64,000 nt of DNA from an uncultured archaeon (GCA_902386025.1 CABMHR010000002.1:56804-120803), one strand, 5' to 3'; shown: positions 9,131-18,125, numbered from the stretch's first letter. Notes: generated by a model not told the origin, from the letters alone. Translations and numbers: made by a program.

Positions 9131-9202
9131 GGCGATTGTAGTTCAGTGGCAGAACGTGCGACTGTGGCTCGCATAACGGGAGTTCGATTCTCCCCATTCG
9201 CC
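9131..9202 (+). tRNA. tRNA-His (GTG) with genome-encoded G-1
   Basis: Hand fold: G-1, acceptor GCGATTG/CATTCGC (U5-U68 mismatch), D-stem GTTC/GAAC, anticodon stem TGCGA/TCGCA, loop CTGTGGC, T-arm GGGAG TTCGATT CTCCC, discriminator C73. Confidence 0.9.
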
Positions 9203-9318
9203 CCTTTGCGAAGCAAAAGGACGTTGGCAAAATTTGCTAAAATTTTAGCCTCGCCCTTCTGGTAGAAAACCTGAAGAAAATAAAAGGGAAAATAAACACA
9301 AAGTAAAAAAGAGGAAAA

Positions 9319-9738
9319 ATGAAAATATTATTTATCTGCAAGTATAACGCATTCAGAAGCCGTGTGGCTGAAGAATATTTCAACAAAATAAACAAGAACA
9401 GGAAAATCAAAGCAATCAGCAGGGGATTTATTTATGGGGGAAATGCAGACATTGAACAGCAGGAAATTGCAGGGAAAATGCTTGGAATTAATATTCTTAA
9501 AAGAAAACCTCTGCAATTAACAATAAAAGATTTGAAAGAATCTGATTTGATAATAGTCACTGCTAATGACATCCCTAAAATAATGTTCAACTACAAATCA
9601 GGAATGTTTTTCAAAAAAATTGTTTTCTGGAAAATAAAAGATGAGCAATTCAGAAACAAAAGAAATATTAAGAAGATTGTGCTGTCAATTAAGAAAAAGG
9701 TTGATAAGCTAAACAGGAAACTGGAAGAGAATAAATAA
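9319..9738 (+). CDS. Low-molecular-weight protein-tyrosine phosphatase / ArsC-like
   Basis: N-terminal MKILFICKYNAFRSRVAE contains the C-x5-R(S/T) P-loop of LMW-PTPs. Confidence 0.75.
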   Translation: MKILFICKYNAFRSRVAEEYFNKINKNRKIKAISRGFIYGGNADIEQQEIAGKMLGINILKRKPLQLTIKDLKESDLIIVTANDIPKIMFNYKSGMFFKKIVFWKIKDEQFRNKRNIKKIVLSIKKKVDKLNRKLEENK

Positions 9739-9739
9739 A

Positions 9740-10918
9740 ATGAACACAGAAATTGTCAGACAAAAGGACAAGCCTTTAGCTAACTCGTCTCTTGCGAGCC
9801 AAGTTAAGGGATTCAGGGATTTTACAGGAGAAGACGCTGAAAAACGGCAGGAAATAAAAGAACTCTTAGCTGAAACTTTCAAAAAATACGGGTTTGAAGT
9901 TGCCGAAACCCCGATTATTGAAAATGAAGAATTTGTCAAGGGGGAAAACAAGGAAGATGAAGCAGTAAGCGATATTTACAAATTGAAAGACAAAGGCGAG
10001 AGAAATCTTGCTTTGAGATACGAATTCACATTTCAGCTCAAAAGAATTGCAAATAACAAAAAACTTCCATATAAAAGATATCAAATTGGGGAAGTTTTCA
10101 GGGACGAGCCGACAAATTCAAGAAGATTCAGGCAGTTTACGCAGTGCGATATTGATACAATCGGGAGCACAATAAAAGATGAAGCAGAGCTTTTAATGAT
10201 TGCAAAAGAAATTCTGGATAAAGCAAAAATAAAAAATGAAATTCTTGTTGGAAACAGAAAATTAATCAACGAAATCCTTGAAAAAGAAGGAATAAAAAAT
10301 AAACAGCAGGTTTTGAGGGAAATTGACAAAATAGACAAGCTGAATGAAAAAGAGATAAAGGCAAATTTAAAAAAATTCGGAGCAGAAAAACTTGTCAGTA
10401 TTTTCAAACAGCCAGAATCTTTTTTTAAAAAATATGAATCTTACAAAGAAGTTGATGAACTGAAAAAATTCTGCGGATATTACAAAATTAAACTGATTTT
10501 CCAGCCGAGTTTAGTAAGAGGTTTAAGCTATTACAACGGAAATGTGTTTGAAATAAAAGGAAAAGAGATGAAAGAAACAATCTGCGGAGGGGGAAGTTAC
10601 CTTGTAAATGGAATTCAGGCAACAGGACTTGCCTTTGGGCTGGACAGATTATCTATGCTTGCAGATTACAGCGATAAAAAAGAAAAAACACTTGTTTTGT
10701 CAATTGACGAGGACAAAAAAGCAATTGAAGTATGCCAGAAACTTAGAGAGAATGGGGAAAATGTTATTATCTTCTACGGGAAACCAAGCAGAGCATTGGA
10801 ATATGCAAACAGCTACAAGATTGACAAAGTTATATTCATAGGAAATGAGGAAGTCAAGAAAAAAAAGTATAAGATAAAGGATATGAAGACCGGAAAGGAA
10901 AGCTTGATGGGGATTTAA
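9740..10918 (+). CDS. hisS: Histidyl-tRNA synthetase
   Basis: GFRDFTGEDAEKRQ, LALRYEFTFQLKR, YQIGEVFRDEPTNSRRFRQFTQCDID, GGGSY (class II motifs 1-3 of HisRS). C-terminal anticodon-binding-like domain. Confidence 0.9.
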   Translation: MNTEIVRQKDKPLANSSLASQVKGFRDFTGEDAEKRQEIKELLAETFKKYGFEVAETPIIENEEFVKGENKEDEAVSDIYKLKDKGERNLALRYEFTFQLKRIANNKKLPYKRYQIGEVFRDEPTNSRRFRQFTQCDIDTIGSTIKDEAELLMIAKEILDKAKIKNEILVGNRKLINEILEKEGIKNKQQVLREIDKIDKLNEKEIKANLKKFGAEKLVSIFKQPESFFKKYESYKEVDELKKFCGYYKIKLIFQPSLVRGLSYYNGNVFEIKGKEMKETICGGGSYLVNGIQATGLAFGLDRLSMLADYSDKKEKTLVLSIDEDKKAIEVCQKLRENGENVIIFYGKPSRALEYANSYKIDKVIFIGNEEVKKKKYKIKDMKTGKESLMGI

Positions 10919-10919
10919 G

Positions 10920-11513
10920 ATGAACCAAGATACATTAATCTATGGTATAACTTTACTAATTATTTTAAAAGAACATGAAGACATTTCTTTTCAAGAATTA
11001 GAACAAATCTCCGAGATAAAAGGAGAAGAATTAAGAGAATTATTAAAATACCTTAAAGATGAAAAGGAATTTGTTGTTTGGAAAACTCCAGTTTCTATTT
11101 CATTTATAGGAGCAGATGGAAATTTTACAGGGAATAAAATGGATAAAGACAAGATAAAATTAAGTTCTAAAGGGATAGAGGTGAATATTGGTAAAAGAGA
11201 CTATTTTGAAGGGGGAATGAAATCCCCTGTTCATAATGAAACCCATATTAATGGGAATAGAAACCAAGTAGCACAATCTACTGGAGAAAATTCTCTAATA
11301 AGTCAAGTACAAGATAATTTAAAGATTAATGTTTTAAAGTGGATAATTGAAGAAGATAAAGAATTAGATACCTCAAAAAAGGGAAAATTATTATTGTTAT
11401 TAGAAAATTTTAATACCCTAAAAGAGAGTAGCGAAAATGCTTTGGAACTAATAAAACAAGTTGGACAAATTTCCATAAAGTATCTATCTTTCTTTTTTAA
11501 TTTACTAAATTAA
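10920..11513 (+). CDS. Hypothetical protein (possible N-terminal wHTH)
   Basis: 197-aa ORF starting 2 nt after the hisS stop. No family recognised. Confidence 0.45.
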   Translation: MNQDTLIYGITLLIILKEHEDISFQELEQISEIKGEELRELLKYLKDEKEFVVWKTPVSISFIGADGNFTGNKMDKDKIKLSSKGIEVNIGKRDYFEGGMKSPVHNETHINGNRNQVAQSTGENSLISQVQDNLKINVLKWIIEEDKELDTSKKGKLLLLLENFNTLKESSENALELIKQVGQISIKYLSFFFNLLN

Positions 11514-11720
11514 AGAAAATAAATATAGGAAAGTTGTGTCTTTCCTTACCTTCATTTCTCCTTCTTTAAAATCCTTGAAGGATTTCCTTCTCATATTCAG
11601 AACAAAAGAATTAAGAAATGCAACACAAATCATTTGTTCCGCCTACAACTCCGCCATCTCCTTTCAAGAAAATTCTTCAAGAACCCAAACTTTTAAATAG
11701 TAATATCAAATGATATTATA

Positions 11721-12026
11721 ATGGAAATTGGAACTATTAAAAAAAGTTATTCAGAAATAAACGAAATAGCAAGAAGCCCTACGCTTCAGACAGTTTTTAT
11801 GGTTGAAAATGTTATCAAAGATAAATCTGGCGAATTTAAAAAAACAGAATTATTCAATAATCTGCCTAAGAAAGTTATGTGGCAGACATTTCAAGTTATA
11901 ATAGAATATTTAGAAAGTATAGGAAAAATAGCATTTGACAGCGAGGGTTATTTGGTATATATATGGAATCCAAAATTTGTTGCAAAATTCAAAAATAAGC
12001 CGGAATTAAAATGGAATGTCAAGTAA
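11721..12026 (+). CDS. Putative antitoxin (wHTH-like) of a RelE/ParE-type pair
   Basis: 101-aa ORF overlapping the downstream RelE-like ORF by 16 nt. Assignment is by position only. Confidence 0.45.
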   Translation: MEIGTIKKSYSEINEIARSPTLQTVFMVENVIKDKSGEFKKTELFNNLPKKVMWQTFQVIIEYLESIGKIAFDSEGYLVYIWNPKFVAKFKNKPELKWNVK

Positions 12027-12331
12027 ATTTTGTTGATACTGAATTAAAGAAAATTTTTGAAGAATTGGAGAACTCTGACCCAAGACTGCACAAAGAAATA
12101 GAAAAAGCGATTAATGATGTTTGTCAAAACGCTTTTTGCGGAAGAAATGTAAAAAAAGAATTAATTCCAAAAAAGTTAATACAAAAATATGAAATTAATA
12201 ATCTCTGGGTTTATAATTTAAGAAAAGACTGGAGATTAATCTATTCTGTTGGTAAAGATGAAGTGGAATTAATTGCGGTAGTATTGGATTGGATGAATCA
12301 CAAAGATTACGAAAAACTTTTTGGATTTTAA
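12011..12331 (+). CDS. RelE/ParE-superfamily toxin-like protein
   Basis: C-terminal pattern NLWVYNLRKDWRLIYSVGKDEVELIAVVLDWMNHKDYEKLF resembles the RelE/ParE core (W/YRxIY...I.I..I..H). Confidence 0.55.
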   Translation: MECQVNFVDTELKKIFEELENSDPRLHKEIEKAINDVCQNAFCGRNVKKELIPKKLIQKYEINNLWVYNLRKDWRLIYSVGKDEVELIAVVLDWMNHKDYEKLFGF

Positions 12332-12440
12332 ACCTCTTTTAACTTACGAAATAATTTCAAGTCCGAAATAACGCCTTCAGGAAAGGAAAGCGAGGGGAAA
12401 ATTTAGGAAGATATATTAATTCTTGTTTAGTTAATTCTCT

Positions 12441-12716
12441 ATGCTAAAAAAGAGGTTCAGCATTTGGGATATTCTTGCATGGGTTATCCTTATTGGTATA
12501 GCTTTGTGGGTATTATTAAAAGTTCTTGGGATAATTAATACTCCTCTGCTGATAGAATATGCTCCTATCTTTGGTGCAGTCTATCTTGCTGGATGGGCTA
12601 TGCATAAGTTAGACACTGCTGTTGATGAAATAAAAGACTTGAAACATTTTGCAAAAGAAACAGCCGAACAGATAAATAATATAAAAGTAAAATGTGTTAA
12701 AAATCACAGTGATTGA
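12441..12716 (+). CDS. Small membrane protein
   Basis: Two predicted TM helices (ILAWVILIGIALWVLLKVLGII; PIFGAVYLAGWAM). Confidence 0.45.
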   Translation: MLKKRFSIWDILAWVILIGIALWVLLKVLGIINTPLLIEYAPIFGAVYLAGWAMHKLDTAVDEIKDLKHFAKETAEQINNIKVKCVKNHSD

Positions 12717-12728
12717 TAGTTAAATTTT

Positions 12729-13400
12729 CTATCTAATTTTCAATTCTCTTCTCCAAGCATTTTCCCCTTCTTTTGAATCCTTGAATTTTTTTATTTTTAG
12801 TTCTTTTTTGAACAAAGGGCAATTAAGAACAAATGTTTCAAATTCTCCCCCCTCTCCTGCTCCATGAATTTTGTATTTATTTTTTAACTGCTGAACTTCG
12901 TCAATGAATTGATTGTTAATTTCTCTGCCAAGCCAAGATTGATTTAATGGGTATGCAAAAACCCCCACAATTATAATCTTAAAATTATTTTTAACTAATT
13001 CTTTTAGATATCCAATTTCGTCCTTGTGCCAAAGGGGATTAAAGCATTTTATATTAAGATTATCGCAAATTTTTTGTATTCTCTCTGCTTGATAAACAGA
13101 ATGCAGTGCTCCTGTTACCAATGTGTCAATTTTGTATTTCTTTTTGGCTTTGCTGACTGCTCTCTCCAAATCTTTTAGCTCAAGTTCTTTTTCTCCCTTT
13201 GTTTTATCAGTCAAAAGCGGAATATTCATAACTTTTGCCTGTTTTTTAACTTCAGATATAGAAGGCGTATGAAACATATAACTTTCTTTGTTTTTTGAAA
13301 AAATTGAGATTAAACAGGCTATTTCATATCCTTCTCTCTTTGCTAAATATGCTGCATAAGTTGAATCTTTTCCGCCTGAAAATAAAATTCCTGCTTTCAT
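12729..13400 (-). CDS. dph6: Diphthine-ammonia ligase (MJ0570-type ATP pyrophosphatase)
   Basis: MKAGILFSGGKDSTYA (PP-loop SGGKDS), ESYMFHTP, GAGEGGEFETFVL. aEF-2 in this window retains the diphthamide His context (DAIHRG). Confidence 0.75.
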   Translation of the reverse strand: MKAGILFSGGKDSTYAAYLAKREGYEIACLISIFSKNKESYMFHTPSISEVKKQAKVMNIPLLTDKTKGEKELELKDLERAVSKAKKKYKIDTLVTGALHSVYQAERIQKICDNLNIKCFNPLWHKDEIGYLKELVKNNFKIIIVGVFAYPLNQSWLGREINNQFIDEVQQLKNKYKIHGAGEGGEFETFVLNCPLFKKELKIKKFKDSKEGENAWRRELKIR

Positions 13401-14254
13401 TCTTCTTCATCTTCATCTTGGTTTTTAACTTCTTCTGTTTCTTCTTCAATCTGTTTTTCAAATTCTTCCAGTTCTTTTCTTAAATCTGCAAATGGCTCTG
13501 GATTATACTTTAGAAATTCTTCCCTTAGCCAGATGTGAATTTCATCAAATGGAACTTTTTGCTCAAGCCAGACTTTTTTCTGGTCTTCAAGATACAACAG
13601 CGGGAGGAAGGAGATTATTTTTTCTTCTTTTTTATTCTGAATAAACTCATTGTAAGAAATATTTTTTTCTGCTCTTTCTTTGAATAAATCCATCAAAGCC
13701 CGGTGTATTTCTGTTATCTTGTCTTTTATGCTGAATTTCCTTTTTGGAAGAGAGAAAGAACTTTCTCTGAATGTGTTTTTGCTTGTTATTTCCTTCTTTA
13801 TTCTCCTATTTTCTGTTGTTATGGCTTTATTTAATGATTCCATAAGTTCTTTTAGCGTAACCTTTCTGAATCTTGGAAGAGGGCTTCTTGGAATCAAATC
13901 GGGAATTTCTTCATCCAGCTCTATTCTTTCAAGAGTATGTTTAGCCAAATCCTTTTTTCCAAAAAGAATTTCATCTATGCTTTTTATGTATCTATTAAGC
14001 AAAATTTCTGATTTTATCCTTAGCAAAAGCGAAGCAGCGAGCAATACTTTGCTTGAAACAAAAAAATCTGCCTCTTCCATTGCATTTATTTTTTCAAGAT
14101 ATTTGTCTGTAAGAATAGTTATATTAATGTCCCACGGGTTTAATTGTTCTGTATTTATCAAATCGTAGATGATTTCCTGCCACCCAATCTCCCGATTAAA
14201 CAATAAATCGTGGATTTGTTCTTGTTTTACAGAAGCTTTTTCCTCTTTTTCCAT
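13397..14254 (-). CDS. scpA: Segregation and condensation protein A (kleisin)
   Basis: LNPWDINITILTDKYLEKI...ADFFVSSKVLLAASLLLRIKSE is the typical ScpA N-terminus. Its stop overlaps the dph6 start (ATGA). Confidence 0.8.
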   Translation of the reverse strand: MEKEEKASVKQEQIHDLLFNREIGWQEIIYDLINTEQLNPWDINITILTDKYLEKINAMEEADFFVSSKVLLAASLLLRIKSEILLNRYIKSIDEILFGKKDLAKHTLERIELDEEIPDLIPRSPLPRFRKVTLKELMESLNKAITTENRRIKKEITSKNTFRESSFSLPKRKFSIKDKITEIHRALMDLFKERAEKNISYNEFIQNKKEEKIISFLPLLYLEDQKKVWLEQKVPFDEIHIWLREEFLKYNPEPFADLRKELEEFEKQIEEETEEVKNQDEDEEE

Positions 14255-14268
14255 AAGATATACACGAA

Positions 14269-14284
14269 AGCGGGTTTTATATTT
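14269..14284 (-). promoter_or_regulatory. TATA-like element upstream of scpA
   Basis: The minus strand reads AAATATAAAACCCGCT 15-30 nt upstream of the scpA ATG (14252-14254). The identical 16-mer occurs at 41084-41099. Confidence 0.4.
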
Positions 14285-14305
14285 GTTCTCTAATGTAAAA
14301 ATGCT

Positions 14306-14364
14306 AAGTAGTGCCTAAAATATATATTTGTAGTGGTTAATAAATTAAAAAAGTAGTGCCTAAA
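14306..14364 (+). repeat. Three phased copies of a GTAGTG-core motif (22-23 bp spacing)
   Basis: aagtagtgcctaaa at 14306-14319 and 14351-14364 (identical). Degenerate ttgtagtggttaa at 14328-14340. Inverted partial copy (tactac) at 14389-14394. Confidence 0.7.
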
Positions 14365-14531
14365 TTATCCATTTTTTATTTTTCAATTTACTACTTTAAG
14401 ATAATTCACTCTTGTCATTTTTTAAGGGTAACAAAATGGAAAGGTTTAAATAGCACTAATAACTCTGATTTCTATCACCTCTTTTTCCCCAGGAGAGGCT
14501 TCAGGTTATCTTTTTGATCAACTTGAAGAAT

Positions 14532-14570
14532 CTCCCAGGGTTATAATTTTTACTATAAAACCCTCGGCCA
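14532..14570 (+). repeat. Left copy of 39/40-nt palindromic direct repeat bracketing the tmk-NTase-EEP block
   Basis: ctcccagggttataatttttactataaaaccctcggcca. Internal inverted repeat AGGGTT-ATA / TAT-AAAACCCT. Confidence 0.85.
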
Positions 14571-14666
14571 AACATTCTAGTCTAAAACCGAGCACTATTA
14601 ACTGATTATTGAAGTAGATTATAATCCTTTAATTCTATTAAGCAATTTTATTTAAAATTATTCAAA

Positions 14667-15266
14667 TTAGAATTTTATTTTATTAATAAGTTCATCTGTT
14701 ATCTGAGCTATCTGTCTCTTAGTATTTATTACTTCAATTTCTGGACAAATATTTAATAAAGTTCTGTATCGGTTTTGAATTAATTTTATTTTATCTGTAT
14801 TTGTTGAAAATAAGTGTTTTCCTCCAGTGATATTGTTCCTCCTTTCTGATCTTTCAAAAGAAATTTTTGGATCACATTCAAACAAAAATGTAATATCTGG
14901 TATTGGAGAACCATATCTTTTGTTTATAGAAAGAATTTCTTCTGGGAATATTTTCTCACTACATTGATAAACTGCACTGGTATAATAATACCTATCCATG
15001 ATTAGAAAATCGAGGTTTTTTTCTGCAAAGTTTTTGCTGAAACTTTCTTCTCTTGCCTTAGCAAATGAGATAATATAATCCAAGTCCAAAATATCAGAAG
15101 GTTCCTTTTCTTTGTGCCATTTCTGAACTATTGTTTTGAAAGGTTCATAATCTTTTTCCACAACAAATAAGCATTTTTTATCTGAGTTTAGGAAATATTC
15201 TTTTAGCAGATGGTACTGTGTTGTCTTGCCAGTCCCACTGCAGCCCTCTAAACAAATTAATTTCAT
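14667..15266 (-). CDS. tmk: Thymidylate kinase-like P-loop kinase
   Basis: MKLICLEGCSGTGKTTQ (P-loop), MDRYYYTSAVYQ (DRY..S..AYQ), PDITFLFECDPKISFERSERR (lid-like). Confidence 0.7.
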   Translation of the reverse strand: MKLICLEGCSGTGKTTQYHLLKEYFLNSDKKCLFVVEKDYEPFKTIVQKWHKEKEPSDILDLDYIISFAKAREESFSKNFAEKNLDFLIMDRYYYTSAVYQCSEKIFPEEILSINKRYGSPIPDITFLFECDPKISFERSERRNNITGGKHLFSTNTDKIKLIQNRYRTLLNICPEIEVINTKRQIAQITDELINKIKF

Positions 15267-15320
15267 TAAAAAGTTAGATAAGCAATACTTTTAAATATTG
15301 TCATCTAATAGTAAAGACAC

Positions 15321-16775
15321 ATGGATATAACAAAACTTTTAATTAATTTCAATAGAACAAAAGAACAAATAAGAAACAAGACGAGATTCAGAGCTCCTGC
15401 AAAAAAATCCGATGGGCTGACAATGGCAATAGCTTATTCAAATGTGATGGAATATGTTGTTAAAGAACTTTTTAACCTGACTAGAGAGGCAATGGGATTA
15501 AAGAATTCTGAAGGCATGGGAGCTTTCCTTTATGGTTCCCCTGGAAGAAAAGAAATGGTGGCCGAATCTGACTTGGATGTAATGTTATTATACGAAGATG
15601 ATTCTCAAATATATCACAGATTCAAAGATAATTTTAAAGAATATGCAAAGTCACTTCAATTCTGCAAAGTCGATCTTCCAGAATGGGGTACTATAGATGA
15701 AGCCTCAATTTTTGCGCAAAAAAGCATCACAGAAGGTAATCAAGTATTAGAGAGTAATTTTGTATGTGGGGATGAAAAAGTAAGAATTGCTACAGAAAAA
15801 ATACAGCAAAAATTTGGCGGACCAGAAAGAATGATAAGGAATATAGCTTTTCAAAAATTTTATTTTGATCAATATTTCGAGCAAAGAGTTAGAGATGGAA
15901 ATATAAATGTTAAATATTGTGATGGAGGTAGCAGGGATTATCTATTTATTAATTGGTTTAATCAGTTGATGAATAGAAAATATTCTGATTGGGATAAAGG
16001 ATTAAAGGAAAGACCTGTAACTGAAATTGGATTATCTAATCTTTATCATAACGGATTGATTAATTCTCTTGAATTTGCTAAAGCAATTGAATCCCTGAAT
16101 TTTAATATCCTGTTGAGAAATGAAATCTTATTGGCAAATAAAGGAACTTCTGATGAAGGATTAACTTTTCTGGACAAGAAAACATTGATTTCTGTTTATG
16201 AAAGAGTTCCAGAATTGATGAAAGAATATTATATTGATTCTCCCGAAGATTTGAAAAGAACATTTGATAATCAAAGGAACCACATTACATCGATAAAAAA
16301 ACTTATATGGGATTTAATGATTGATGAAAGAGGAAAGGAAACTGGATCAAGTGAATGGGCTAAGGATTTTCATAAAGCCTATTTTACTTCTACACCAGAA
16401 AAGGACAGAGAAAGTTTAATAGGTTATAATGACTCATTGATGAGAATTGCCACAATCTGGGGAGCTACTAATTCCAATCAAAAAAAATTGTTTAATAATA
16501 TCTGCAAAAAAGAAAAAAATTCAGATTCTTGGGAAATACAAGCGTCTTTAGTTACAAGTCCGATTTGCTCATCAGAGTACCTTCATCATATTGCAGAAGG
16601 AATCGGCAAGGAAAAAGGTTATGGTTACATATTGAGAATTATAAGCAGAAATCCAAATGTTAAAATAGAAACATTGGAAACCATAGCAAATGATTATTCA
16701 GTTGAACAGAGATATACTCAATGTGCAAAATCTGCACTTGAACATGGGAAAGAGAGTGCTAATCATCAAATTTAA
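15321..16775 (+). CDS. GlnD/DUF294-type nucleotidyltransferase-domain protein (no HD or ACT domains)
   Basis: GAFLYGSPGRKEMVAESDLDVMLLYED (Pol-beta NTase G-S...D-x-D) and, further on, NVKYCDGGSRDYLFINW, which resembles the GlnD-type KxxxGGxRD substrate-binding motif. Confidence 0.6.
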   Translation: MDITKLLINFNRTKEQIRNKTRFRAPAKKSDGLTMAIAYSNVMEYVVKELFNLTREAMGLKNSEGMGAFLYGSPGRKEMVAESDLDVMLLYEDDSQIYHRFKDNFKEYAKSLQFCKVDLPEWGTIDEASIFAQKSITEGNQVLESNFVCGDEKVRIATEKIQQKFGGPERMIRNIAFQKFYFDQYFEQRVRDGNINVKYCDGGSRDYLFINWFNQLMNRKYSDWDKGLKERPVTEIGLSNLYHNGLINSLEFAKAIESLNFNILLRNEILLANKGTSDEGLTFLDKKTLISVYERVPELMKEYYIDSPEDLKRTFDNQRNHITSIKKLIWDLMIDERGKETGSSEWAKDFHKAYFTSTPEKDRESLIGYNDSLMRIATIWGATNSNQKKLFNNICKKEKNSDSWEIQASLVTSPICSSEYLHHIAEGIGKEKGYGYILRIISRNPNVKIETLETIANDYSVEQRYTQCAKSALEHGKESANHQI

Positions 16776-16799
16776 ATAAATTGTTTATCATACACCAAA

Positions 16800-17528
16800 A
16801 TGAAACTTAAAATTATTACAATAAATGTCTGGAGATATTATGAATGGGAAAATAGGAAACAGAAATTGATAGATTTCCTGAAAAAAGAAAATATAGATAT
16901 TGTTTTATTCCAGGAAGCAGCATCAAGCAAGAAATCAAACTGGGAAAACCAGATTGAAGAAATTAATGAAAAAGCAAGTTATGAATTTTCAGCATTTGAG
17001 AAATTAGTAAAAATGACAAAATGGCATGAGAAGCCGATTGATTATGAAATGTATTATGGTTTTGGAATTCTCTCAAAATATAAAATAAAAAAAACAGAAC
17101 TAATTAAACTCAAACATGTTATCAAGGATAAAGATTTTGGTTTTATGCATATAAGTATCGAAATTGAAGGAGAAGATATTGATTTGTTAAGTGTTCATTT
17201 TGAAAATACTGATGAAGGTTCTAAGCAGCAACTTAAAGAAACTCTTGAATGGTGTAATAAGAATAAAATTTCTTCGATAATTGCAGGGGATTTTAATATG
17301 AAAGATGTCAAAACATTAAAAGAGATAACTGGTGAAGATTATGAAATCTCTTATTTTATTAAACCTTATTTTTCATTTATGCCAACGGAGTTTTCAAATA
17401 ACAAGGAACCAATTACTTTAGATTATATTATCGCTAAAAAAAGCAAGTTCAAAATTGCGGATGTTAAATGTATAGAAGATAGCCCTTCTGATCACAGACC
17501 TATTATTTGTATAATTGAATTAAAATAA
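16800..17528 (+). CDS. Endonuclease/exonuclease/phosphatase (EEP) family protein
   Basis: ITINVW...DIVLFQEA, SVHF, AGDFNM, PSDHRPI are the canonical EEP motif series. Confidence 0.8.
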   Translation: MKLKIITINVWRYYEWENRKQKLIDFLKKENIDIVLFQEAASSKKSNWENQIEEINEKASYEFSAFEKLVKMTKWHEKPIDYEMYYGFGILSKYKIKKTELIKLKHVIKDKDFGFMHISIEIEGEDIDLLSVHFENTDEGSKQQLKETLEWCNKNKISSIIAGDFNMKDVKTLKEITGEDYEISYFIKPYFSFMPTEFSNNKEPITLDYIIAKKSKFKIADVKCIEDSPSDHRPIICIIELK

Positions 17529-17561
17529 AATTTCCCGTGTATTAAAGAGAAATTTAATTCA

Positions 17562-17601
17562 CTCCCAGGGTTATAATCTTTTACTATAAAACCCTTGGCT
17601 A
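17562..17601 (+). repeat. Right copy of 39/40-nt palindromic direct repeat
   Basis: ctcccagggttataatcttttactataaaacccttggcta. Differs from the 14532-14570 copy by one 1-nt indel and two substitutions. Confidence 0.85.
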
Positions 17602-17684
17602 CCAATTCATTATCATATTCTTTATAAAAAAGAGAAAATTTGAAAGAGAGTTGAATGCTTTACAGAAAGGTTAAGTTTTCCTGT

Positions 17685-18125
17685 TTAAAAGAATGCTTTT
17701 CCAGAAATTGTTTCAATAGGACTGAATACTTTTACAGAAATTTTATCTCCATCTTGTTCAAGAGTTAGACTCAAATCTGTTACCTCTTCTTTATTGTTGT
17801 ATATTCTTTCCTCATTAGGTTCTTTCTTTGAATAATTCTCTTTAAACAAGACTTTCTCCATCTTAACAGTTTTTTTATCAATTAGCTCTGAAAGATAATT
17901 TCTCATTTTATCTTGAGGCATTCTAATTTCCCAGTCTTCCATAGCATCCACATTAGAACAATCTTCCCAATAATCATATCCTGAAGATTTGTGCAGAATA
18001 GCTATATCCCCTGCAAAATCCAGCCAAAGATACTCATAATTATAATTTCCTGGTTTATTTACTACGTTTTTCTGTATTTTATTTAAGTGCAGAATTAAAC
18101 CATCTAAGCTAATGTTATTTGACAT
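17685..18125 (-). CDS. Hypothetical protein
   Basis: 146-aa ORF. No family recognised. Confidence 0.45.
   Translation of the reverse strand: MSNNISLDGLILHLNKIQKNVVNKPGNYNYEYLWLDFAGDIAILHKSSGYDYWEDCSNVDAMEDWEIRMPQDKMRNYLSELIDKKTVKMEKVLFKENYSKKEPNEERIYNNKEEVTDLSLTLEQDGDKISVKVFSPIETISGKAFF

Noticed and set aside
11569-11585. Perfect 17-bp palindrome AAATCCTT-G-AAGGATTT in the spacer after ORF 10920..11513.
   Set aside because: It is a single isolated hairpin with no T-tract, no repeat copies in the window and no adjacent regulator. It is most likely an incidental or terminator-type stem.
13680-14168. 162-aa plus-strand ORF inside scpA. Similar shadow ORFs occur inside the TIM-barrel gene, hisS, lhr, nrdD, thyA and iscS.
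   Set aside because: The same reasoning applies. These are antisense to genes with clear family motifs, and their translations are hydrophobic, low-complexity and not family-like.
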